NCBI GenBank assembly: GCA_016206925.1
Contig: JACQQS010000062.1
Span: 9,254-73,253, forward strand
Origin: Candidatus Omnitrophota bacterium
GTDB lineage: Bacteria; Omnitrophota; Omnitrophia; Omnitrophales; JACQQS01
Length of the DNA: 64,000 bases
Reading direction: 5' to 3'
Shown here piece by piece: positions 36,058 through 45,900 of this stretch. Position 1 is the stretch's first letter. The number at the start of each line of letters is the position of its first letter. Under the pieces are notes generated by a model. It searched no databases. It had not been told where the DNA came from and was given only the letters and a program-made list of their open reading frames with translations. The position numbers were made by a program, and so were the translations under genes.

Positions 36058-38300
36058 GCAATTCGTGCCGCCACTTTTTCCAACGCATAAGACTGCACGA
36101 TGTCGTGTTCGTGGATCTCATTAAAATTTTCGAAGGACATGCCGCATTCAAATCCTTCCTTGACTTCCTTGACATCATCTTTGAATCGTTTTAGCGCATT
36201 TAATTTGCCTTCGTAAATCATATTGTTGCTGTGAAATACGCGGACCCGGTTTGTGCGCGCAATAGAGCCTTTGACCACATAAGCTCCGGCAATAGTCCCT
36301 ACTTTGGAAGAACGGAAAATTTTTCTTACCTCACAGCGCCCGGTGATCACTTCCTTATAGGTGGGTTCAAGCATGCCTTCTATGGCTTTGGTGATGTCAT
36401 TAACGGCGTCATAAATGATGTTGTAGTACCGGACGTCGACGCCTTCTTTTTCAATAAGTTCTTCGACGTGAGGCCCGCCGGCGCGGACATGAAAACCGAT
36501 AACGACTGCATCTGAAGCCGCGGCGAGGACGACATCCGAATCGTTGATCGGCCCCGTCCCGCCATGTATGACATGCAGGCGGACTTCTTTGAGCGTTAAC
36601 TTTTCAAGCTGTTGCGTTAAGACCTCCAAGGAACCCTGAACATCGGTTTTGAGGACCAATTTAAGCTCTTTGATCTTGCCTTCGGCTATTCTCATATGAA
36701 GATCATCCAGCGTAAGATGTTTCTGGTGGCCGACGCCACGCTGACGCTCACGCACCTCAAGCTGTCTTTTCTCAGCAATACTGCGCGCTTCCGAAAGGCT
36801 CCGTTCGACATGAAATTCATCCGCGGCTTCCGGGACACCATTCAGTCCAATGACTTCAACGGCCTGTGCCGGAACCGCTTCTTTTAAGCGAGTGTTTATG
36901 TTATTTCGGAGCGCCCGTACTTTTCCGTAATAACAGCCGCAGACAACAGGATCGCCGACTCTGAGTGTTCCATTTTGTACGATTACGGTAGAGGTAGGGC
37001 CTTCCCCCTGGCTCATCCTTCCTTCCAAAACAATTCCCCGCGCCCTGGCTTTCGGGTTAGCCTTAAGCTCAAGAATTTCTGCTTCGAGAAGAAGGCTTTC
37101 AAGCAAATTGTCGAGTCCTTTCCCGGTTCGGGCCGACACGGGTACCATAATCGTTTTTCCGCCCCAGTCTTCCGGTACAAGATCATTCTTTTGCAATTGT
37201 TGCCGCACGCGGTCTGGATTTGCACTCGGGAGATCCGTTTTATTAATGGCGACCACGATAGGCACGGCAGCATCGCGGGCATGATCAATGGCCTCAATGG
37301 TTTGCGGCATGACACCGTCATCGGCGCCAACGACCAGCACAACTACGTCAGTTACCATCGCCCCGCGTGCGCGCATCGCGGAAAAAGCCGCATGGCCGGG
37401 GGTGTCGAGGAATGTTATGAATTTATCCCCGCCGCGTCGAACTTCATAGGCACCGACGTGCTGAGTGATCCGGCCCACCTCGTGGTCGGCCACATTGCTC
37501 TTTCGAATCGCGTCAAGAAGCGACGTTTTTCCATGATCGACATGGCCCATCATGGTTACAACAGGATTACGCAGCACCAGATCTTCGGGTCTTGATTCCT
37601 CTTGGGCGGTTTGTTTTTTGGTTTCCTCCTCAGCATTTTTTAATTGCACGCGGAGGTTCATCGCGTCGGCAACACGTTTAACAACTTGCTCATTGACCGC
37701 TTGATTAATGTTGGCGAAAATCCCAAGGACCATGAGCGATTTGATTAATTGAGCGGGCGGTGTGCCGAATGCTTGCGCAAGATCACCCACCGTAACGGGC
37801 GCGTAGATTTCAATCACTTTTTCCGGTTTTACAGGCTGGGCGGGTTTTATCTCCTTTTCAACTTGCTTAACGGTTGTCTCGGATTTAACGATGGGCTCAG
37901 GTTTTTTTGCCTCCGGCGCCGCAGGTTTGGGCGGCGGCTGGATAATCGTTACTTTTACGTTCTTGGGCACAGGCTTATCTTTTTGAACGGCAACAGCAGC
38001 GGGTGCTGATTTCTTTTCAATGCGCGCTTTAGGCTGAGCCGCCGGCTTTTGTTCGGGTTTTGGCGCCGTTTGTTCAAGCGGCGGTCGGCGCGGCGGCAAG
38101 GGCTTCGCAGCCGGGACTTTTTTAGCGGACGGGGCGGATTTTGCCGGACTGTCGGACTTTGCTTTTTTCAAGAAAAGATCGACAACCAACTGGTCGAGAT
38201 TGCTCATATGGTTCTTGGCGGGAACTTTTTTCTCGGCCAGCTTGTCCAAAAGTTCTTTGCTTGTGGTGCCAAGCTCTTTTGCTAATTCGTGCACGCGCAT
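36054..38300 (-). CDS. infB: translation initiation factor IF-2
   Basis: N-terminal [22 protein letters not shown]-domain [27 protein letters not shown]. 748 aa with a Pro/Ala/Lys-rich linker. Confidence 0.9.
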   Translation of the reverse strand: MRVHELAKELGTTSKELLDKLAEKKVPAKNHMSNLDQLVVDLFLKKAKSDSPAKSAPSAKKVPAAKPLPPRRPPLEQTAPKPEQKPAAQPKARIEKKSAPAAVAVQKDKPVPKNVKVTIIQPPPKPAAPEAKKPEPIVKSETTVKQVEKEIKPAQPVKPEKVIEIYAPVTVGDLAQAFGTPPAQLIKSLMVLGIFANINQAVNEQVVKRVADAMNLRVQLKNAEEETKKQTAQEESRPEDLVLRNPVVTMMGHVDHGKTSLLDAIRKSNVADHEVGRITQHVGAYEVRRGGDKFITFLDTPGHAAFSAMRARGAMVTDVVVLVVGADDGVMPQTIEAIDHARDAAVPIVVAINKTDLPSANPDRVRQQLQKNDLVPEDWGGKTIMVPVSARTGKGLDNLLESLLLEAEILELKANPKARARGIVLEGRMSQGEGPTSTVIVQNGTLRVGDPVVCGCYYGKVRALRNNINTRLKEAVPAQAVEVIGLNGVPEAADEFHVERSLSEARSIAEKRQLEVRERQRGVGHQKHLTLDDLHMRIAEGKIKELKLVLKTDVQGSLEVLTQQLEKLTLKEVRLHVIHGGTGPINDSDVVLAAASDAVVIGFHVRAGGPHVEELIEKEGVDVRYYNIIYDAVNDITKAIEGMLEPTYKEVITGRCEVRKIFRSSKVGTIAGAYVVKGSIARTNRVRVFHSNNMIYEGKLNALKRFKDDVKEVKEGFECGMSFENFNEIHEHDIVQSYALEKVAARIA

Positions 38301-39427
38301 TATTCGGGGCTTTCCTTTAATAACGCTTCATGGGCTGATGCGATGATTTTTTTAGCCGTGGCAGGGCCTATTCCTTCTATCTTGGCCAAATCTTCCTCAG
38401 TACTCTTCAATATGTCCTTTAAGGATGTAATGCCGCCGGTGCGGAGAAGCTCTTCGGTCTTTGGACCGACACCCTTAAGCGATGAAATAGGAATCCGCTG
38501 ACTACGGCTGCGAACGTCCAATTTCCATTCGGTCAATTTGGAAGCCAGCCGGACATTCTGGCCTTTCTTCCCAATGGCCAGCGAGAGCTGTTCGTCTTCC
38601 ACAAAGATTTCAGCCGATTTATTTTCAGCATTCATCTTGATTTCCCGGAGCTCGGCAGGACTTAAAGCGTTTCGGATATACGATTCCATGTCGCTGCTGT
38701 AGCGGACGATGTCGATCTTTTCGCCGCCTAATTCTTTAACAATATTTTTGACACGCTGGCCGCGCATACCGACACAGGAGCCCACGCAGTCAACCTTTTC
38801 ATCGGAAGAAAGCACGGCGATTTTCGTCCGCGATCCTGCTTCTCGCGCAATTCCCATGACCTTTACGATTCCCTCATGAATTTCCGGAACTTCCAGCTCA
38901 AAAAGTTTTCGGACGAGATCCGCATGGGCTCTCGAGAGTATGAGTTCGGGGCCGCGCGGCGTTTTTTTAACTTCAAGCAGGAGCGCTCGAATGGTATCGC
39001 CCTGCCGATAGATATCCTTCGGAAATTGTTCGCGCGGCGGCAGAATGGCTTCCGTTTTGCCGAGGTCTACGATGATGGTACGGTTTTCGATGCGGTGGAC
39101 CGTTCCGTTAATAATATCGCCCAAGCGCTTCGTGTATGAGTCGTATATATTTTCACGCTCCGCTTCCCGGATTTTTTGGATAATGACTTGCTTTGCCGTT
39201 TGTGCCGCAATGCGGCCAAAGCCGGTATCGCGAATGGGTTTTCCGTTATGCATGATGGCGATTTGTCCGCTGAGTATGTCAATGCTGACTTCGACCCCTT
39301 CGAGGTTTGGAAATGTTTTCCGGCATGCGCTCACGAGCGCAGAATGGAGCGCTTCAAGAAGCACTTCTTTCGAAATACCCTTTTCGCGCTCGATCATTTC
39401 CAGTTGTTGCAGAAGTTCATCGCCCAT
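38300..39427 (-). CDS. nusA: transcription termination/antitermination factor NusA
   Basis: N-terminal domain, S1 and two KH regions. 375 aa. Synteny with infB. Confidence 0.9.
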   Translation of the reverse strand: MGDELLQQLEMIEREKGISKEVLLEALHSALVSACRKTFPNLEGVEVSIDILSGQIAIMHNGKPIRDTGFGRIAAQTAKQVIIQKIREAERENIYDSYTKRLGDIINGTVHRIENRTIIVDLGKTEAILPPREQFPKDIYRQGDTIRALLLEVKKTPRGPELILSRAHADLVRKLFELEVPEIHEGIVKVMGIAREAGSRTKIAVLSSDEKVDCVGSCVGMRGQRVKNIVKELGGEKIDIVRYSSDMESYIRNALSPAELREIKMNAENKSAEIFVEDEQLSLAIGKKGQNVRLASKLTEWKLDVRSRSQRIPISSLKGVGPKTEELLRTGGITSLKDILKSTEEDLAKIEGIGPATAKKIIASAHEALLKESPE

Positions 39428-39460
39428 AATTTAACCGCTTAGTGCAGGTTTACCTGCTAA

Positions 39461-39497
39461 TTTTCCCCAAAAAAGAAAAGTGGGCTTTTGGCCCACT
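39461..39497 (-). terminator. rho-independent terminator-like hairpin (AGTGGGC-TTTTG-GCCCACT) followed on the minus strand by TTTCTTTTTTGG. Lies 35 nt upstream of the nusA start, so it could also be a leader attenuator
   Basis: Read directly. It lies between ORF 39621..39902 / the giant gene and nusA. Confidence 0.5.
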
Positions 39498-39620
39498 TGT
39501 GTGCGAAACCAGAGTTAAAGTTGTCGTTATTTTAGTAACCAAAAGGACTTATGTCAAGCACTTATAGGGCAAAATGCGGACGAAGCGCCAAGGCGGCGTA
39601 AGGTTGGCTAAATAAGAGAA

Positions 39621-39902
39621 TTAGGCGCTGACGGATATGGCCTGAAGCGCGGTTATGTAGGCGGCATACACAGCGCTTAAGTTACTCATAAGCGAAGCGG
39701 TGGGCCGGTACGTGGTGAAGCGCACCGCGTCTTCCGTGGGGTCCAACCAATTCCGGCCGAGCGCTTCCGCGAATCCTAGTCGCGCCAAGTGTAAACCGAT
39801 GAAGTTGAGCGCGGCATATTCCTCATAGGACCTTCCGGTTCCATCCAATATGAGCTTGGGGACTTGATTCAGCAGCCCGCGTTGATTGAGCGCTTCAATC
39901 AA
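39621..39902 (-). CDS. hypothetical small ORF (93 codons) downstream of giant gene 1; TTG start, no visible RBS
   Basis: ORF-track entry only. The start codon is TTG (reverse complement of caa at 39900-39902). No family recognised. May be non-coding 3' UTR. Confidence 0.25.
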   Translation of the reverse strand: MIEALNQRGLLNQVPKLILDGTGRSYEEYAALNFIGLHLARLGFAEALGRNWLDPTEDAVRFTTYRPTASLMSNLSAVYAAYITALQAISVSA

Positions 39903-39916
39903 TTCGGGCGATGCGA

Positions 39917-42900
39917 CTATGCGGCTTTGGCAAAAACTTCAACCATTTCAATTGCGTCACTGATCATCTCAAGCACGTTTGTCGTGCTGAGGACGCGAAT
40001 CCCGATTCGCTTCATCTGCTCAACCCCAGCCATAGGAAAATTTTCTCCCGCCAGCAAAAGAACGGTATTAGGGTGTAGCAGGGCATATGCCTGTAGCGTG
40101 CCTAAAACATTTTCATGCCTTCCGCTTAATGCCGCAACGATCGGGTCGTTATAGTGGTTCGCTAAAGAAAAAGCATCGGGGTCATCGGTGACTATAACAA
40201 TGTCGTCCAAAGGAACGCCAAAAACGCCCGCAACGATTTCCCGTTGGTTCTGGGAGAGCTCGGGTAAGCCGATCAGATAAATCTGTTTAAATCCGTCAAG
40301 ATGGAAGACAAAATTAACCGTCCGCCGCGCAGATTTTCCGGCTTCAAGAATTTGATTTAGAAACAAGGAATCATCGATAATGAGGGAACCTACTTTTTTC
40401 CCCGCCGTGCCGGGTAAAAGAATTTCACCGAGTTCCACGCTAACTGCATCCATTGCCTCCTGGCCTCTTTCGCGTATTATGAGCGGATTACTGCCGGCAA
40501 CTAATTTCAAAGTTTGGCTTAGTTCTGATCCGAAACCAGTACCATCTGTCGTGCCGGCGTCGGTGTCAAAACTGCCGGAATGCTTGTTCAAAGCTGCCGT
40601 GAATATTTCGTTGTCAACAAACCTGAATTGTTTATCACCATCGACCGAAGCTTCAATAAAAATCTCTTCGCCCTCAAGCCCCAGCCGTGCGTAGTATTTT
40701 TCTTGCAAGGCAAAACTCTCTTTAAAATCCACTGCGCGAAGCCTGCCCAGTTCACCGCCGCGGGCTCCTGCGTTAAGAAAATCCTGATGAATTTGTAGTA
40801 CCACGTCCCATGGCTTATTTAAGGCGAACAAGTCAGCTGTTGTTTCGCCCAGACGGCCCCACGCGTCAAAATATGCTCCTATAAGCGGCGCGATTTTAAA
40901 ATCGCCTTCAATCTTTAGACGGGATATTGCAGCAAACTGGTGAATTCTTCTGACCGCGGGTTCGACATCGCGGAGCCATGCGGCCGGAGCCTTGGAGATT
41001 AGATTATTTGATCGAATGGGGGCAACGCGGAATTGCATGCGAGTGGCCTGGGAGGTTGTGTTAATATCAACCACGGTGAATACCTCTGGGCGAGGAGGTG
41101 AGTAAAACGGGATCTGATAGATTCCCGCATATCGAGCAGGAGTTGGAAATTGAAATTGGGACAAAGTTCGTATATCCGATCTCTTTTGTTCCAGCATACG
41201 CCTGGCTTCCCTAAAGTCGAAGGGCTCGCCCCACTGATTCAGAGGCGGGTAACCTTCTTTGTTGATTAACTCTTCTGCAATATCAATTAATTCAACCTGA
41301 GCTTGGACAAATCGTTCAGCCGCTTCTCCGCTGTCCGGATTATAAACGTCGCCGCTGGTTGTTGAATATATTGACTCACGCGTAGCATCGTAGCCCATGT
41401 CAAGTCGGTTTCGAAGCAGTTGGTAAGGCAGATAGTGTTTCCACAAGACATCGGAAAGATCATCAATAACATGGGACAAAATTTGGATAGGATCGGTGTG
41501 GTCTTTATATCGAAATCTATCCGGTCCCGCGCCTCGATCTATTTCACGGAGCGGCTGAAAAAGCTCACGCAGTAAATCGCTATTGGCGACATATCTTGAT
41601 TCTAAGAGGTGATCAAAAAAGGCACTCAGCCAATCTTGAAGGAAATCTAGTTCCGGTATCGGGGCTTCATAGGAATCTTTGCCAAATTCCCTCGCTTGAT
41701 TGAAATCGTAAGCCACAAGTTGAAGGTAATAGCCAAAATATTTTTTAAAACTCTTTAAGGGATCCCGCTCATTGAACAAATCAATATTGCTGCCCGCATC
41801 GGTATAGTAACCTGTGGCCAGCGTATTGTCCGGATTCAAGGCGATATGGACGTTCGCAATGTGATGCGTAAGAATTTCTGCAGCGTTCCAACCCATCTGT
41901 TGGGCAGCCGATCCCGGATCGAAATCTTCGCCACCACCCTTGAAAATATGCCCTATCCGTTGATTTGTCGGAGAAGCTCGGCCAATAATTTCAAAGCGCG
42001 TGTCGTTGCCCGGATAACGGAACCGCAAGCGAAAAAGTGCGCGCGGCGCAGCGCCGTTAAAATAGGCGTCCGTTCCTACGAGTCGCAGCAAGTGGATAAC
42101 GTCTCCTTCGCCGCCAGCTTGATGACCCGGATAAAGCGCGCCGAGATCGACGCGCGTGACCACATGTTGCCCGGCTTCGTTTTTATCTCCGGCGCCGCCC
42201 TGAACGACGCGCCCGCCTGTCGCGCGAATGTTTTCGCCTCTACCGCCCATGAAAGGCCCCGCTGATTTCAAGTCAACGATAAATTCAGCGCCCATATCTG
42301 AAACAATCAGGACAGGTTCTCCCGAATCCATCCAAAAAAGCATTCCACCCCGTCCCGGAGCTACTGTATCCGGGTCGAGGTTGACTTCCATCATGTATCG
42401 AAGTTTGGTTTGTGCTTCGCCATCGACGGTGGAAAGAATCTTGCCCTGCCCCCACACTTCTTTTGTAAGCCATTCACGTAATTCCCAAGGCAGCCGCATA
42501 AAATCCTCATATAATTCCACCTGGAGATCTTCAACGGGCACGAGGTGGAGAGGCACTTCAAGGGAGAATTTCGTCCACACATCCGGAATAGTCCGCTTGC
42601 TCTCCTGCATGTCGCCGACCCACTTTACCGTAATGCGATTGGAGTAATCATCTGGATCTGTATGGCGTTGCATTCGGCCGTTATGATCCCTTCGGTAAAT
42701 ATGACTTACAAGGAATTTACCTTTGAATCCCAGCTTATGAGCGCGATCTTTAGCCCAGTCAGGTACTCGGGGCGAGCGTTCACTTATTCGAAGGTCGGGT
42801 CTTTCTTGCTGCGTGCGTTCATCGCGCGCAATATCGGACCGCACCCGATCCAGATGGGGTGAAGTAAATAATGCTTCTAATGATGCACCGGTTTGGCCAA

Positions 42901-45900
42901 GGATTCCATGCTGCATTGTAGCGAGACCTTGAGTTAAACCGATTACGCCGGATGCAGGAACGTCGGAAACTATTGTTGACATCGTCTCACCTAAACTAAT
43001 TGCCAGCTTACCTTGTGCCCTTAATGTGGTGCTAACAGATCTAACGACGGGCGACAAAACTTTCGACTGGAGAAATTCTTCGGCCTTAATTTTTGAGTCT
43101 TCTTGCCACGAGAAAAGATCGTCCTCAATATCTTTAATCGAACGCGTTGGCTTCGGAATTGAGGAATCTGCGGCATCTTGATGAAGCCTTGCGTCAGCCA
43201 ACTCTTTTTCCAACTCGGCTGTGTGCCGGCGTCTTCCGGTGGCGTACAGTAAATTCTGCGTAGCCTTTTGCCTGTCATACTCATACCTAAGACGCGAATT
43301 ATTTATCTTCTCCCCTTCGTTGGCAAACGCCTTCCAATAAGCCAGCTTGGCCCCTGCAGTTCGGATCGCCTGATCGATTTCATCCTGCCGGCTAAGGTCA
43401 GGCTCCGATTTCATGGCCCCGAGCTCTTTCAGGAGCGAAGTTAGATGGGCAATTCTTTCATTCGCAGTGATTTGCTTGAAAAGAGGCTGCGAACCGTTAT
43501 AGATATGCCCCTTTCCGAATGTTTCAATCCGCCAGTCTAAAGCGAGAAATATGCGGTAATCCGCATCTGAAAAGAAATCATAGGTATCAACAATTATCTT
43601 GTCTTCAAGACCCATCATGTGCGCTACGGCTTTTATAGGGTCGAGGCCCGGGTACGTTTTCCTCCGCGTCCCCGCATCGGGGTGTTCGCGGCGTTTATGA
43701 ACAGGTTGATTGGAGCCGACGTATTCAAAATGACGTGTAGCAAAAACCAGTGCGTCGAGTTTCGGATGGAAGAATTCCAGCGGATTTTCCACCTTGCGAA
43801 AGGGTATCGAATTAAGGTCATCTTGGTTCAGGCGACCGCGCGCTTGCGATGATGCGCCTCTAGGTTGCTGTAAGGCAAGTTCTGGCCAAAAATCAGTATA
43901 AGGATCTGTGGCCTCTACGCGGCCTCCGAAATGCGCCATTTCGCGGACGACATGCTCTGAACCACTGTGCTTTGTGTTGCCGGTTCCTTCTTTATACCCT
44001 GTTCCGAGAACGCCTACCGTTATTTCCGAAAACTGCACATGCATTTTGCCCGTAAATTGATTAAGCAGCTTCCACGTGACGTCTTTTGCTCTCTCCTGGA
44101 GCATGGATGATGCGAGAAGCCGCGATTGAAATATCCGAAAGATTTGGTCATCCTCCATTTCGAAGTAAGTTCTTAACCCAACTACTATTTTCAAGAGTGC
44201 TTCAGGAGTACAGCTTCCACCGGGACACATGGAGGGAGCGCGCCGCATTCCCATGCGGGACCTTGGGTGAGCGCGTACAATGCCTTCGATTATTTGAAAT
44301 GCGTCGACCCCAATTACTTCTGCGGTTTTAAGATAGCCATCTAAAATTTCAAGCAAATCGTAAAACCAAGATAGTTCCAAAAGCTTCAAAAATTCAACAT
44401 CCTCGGATACATTCCAGACTTTATAAGTAAAACCGATTTTTTTAAAGTAGCGCTCGAGATCTTCCCGCGCGGCAGGTGAAAATGCGGCGCTCTCCCTTCT
44501 AAAATCTCGTAAGGATCGCAGTTCTTCCGCTCCGGGCGCCAAACGTTGAGGTGAATAGGCTAGGCGGACATACGGTGCGCCACCTTCTTTAGCTTCTGGA
44601 AATCGATCGCGCATTACGCGGTCTATCGCAGGCAAAGCTTCTTTCGACACGAACCCAGGTTGTACCGTGCTCTCGATCACTACAAGAGCGTCCTTGCGAA
44701 TGAGCGAGCCGATGGTTTCAAGCAATTTTGCGGTGGGCTGAGTGTTAATATGGGCTTGCTGAAATGTGCCCCGTGGAGGTGCATGCATTTCCAATTCAGT
44801 CTCTACGAGAACGACATCTGCTACCGCCATCACTTCAGGCAAAAATGTCGCGGCAATTACACCGTCACTGCGCGCCGTGCGAAAATTACGAATCATTTCC
44901 TGGTCGGTAGTTGGATGTGGTAACAGCCCGTCGTTTATAAAGTGAACTGCATATCCGGATCTGGAAGTTGGTCTTTGGTAGGCTATAGAAAAATAGGGCC
45001 GTTCTTGTGCGGAGATAGTTCCGCGGAATCGATTGCCCTCCTGCTGGTCGAGCGGGGCTCTCGCTTCGGATGCCAATGCCATATTGGCTTGCGCCACATG
45101 TCCGGCGCCTACATGGACAGAAATCTCGCGGCCTAAGGCACGCTGAATAACAATCTCAGCCATCAGATTAATCCTCATCTGCTCAAATTCGGCAGCATCG
45201 AAAGGCAGTGTGAACGATCTCCCCTTGGGAGCCGTGGTGAGAGTACCCGCTTCAGGGAGCTGATCCAGACTTCTGTATTCAGGAATCTTGTAAGGGCCGA
45301 GCTTTGTGCTACGGTCGGCTTCAATTAGAGCGACAAATGTATCAATGGCCAATTCCCCTCTTGAAGCGAGAAAACGCGAAAGTTCCATTTCTCCGCTCCT
45401 GTCGGATCCGGGATTAAACCACCGAAGCATGGCTTCTTCCACATCGGTTCGGATAGTTTCAGGCGAGATGGGCGGCGCGTCCGAACCAAAGCCGCGTGCC
45501 ATGCGATCTGTAAGTTCTCTCAAGCGTTCCTGAAAGAACTGTACGGTTGTTGAATTTGCAAATGTTCCATTGCCGATAGATTCAATGCGAACTGATTGGG
45601 GCGACTGCGCATAGTTTAGCCATTGCGAGCCGGATTTTCTCATGCCCGGCGACTCATCACCGCGCCAAAGGATGACATCGGTAGTTCCAGGGAACTGCGC
45701 AAAGCGATCACCGATATCATCCGGGACGTTTAAAATCGGATGTTGCGGGCCATATAATCCGCGCATTACTTTGTTCAAAGGTTGCACGGGCGTACGAATG
45801 AGGATTAAATGCCGTGTGTTAGAAAATTCAGGCTCTGACGCAACAATGGGCAGGAGTTGGCCGCCGTGTTCTTGTCCAATCAATATGATTTTTGGCGGTT

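Noticed and set aside
39621-39902. Possibility that the 93-codon ORF is a frameshifted C-terminal extension of giant gene 1
   Set aside because: It is in a different frame. The giant ORF ends with a clean stop after a plausible C-terminal module. Upstream of the TTG, the 93-codon frame hits a stop within 13 codons. No evidence for a programmed shift.
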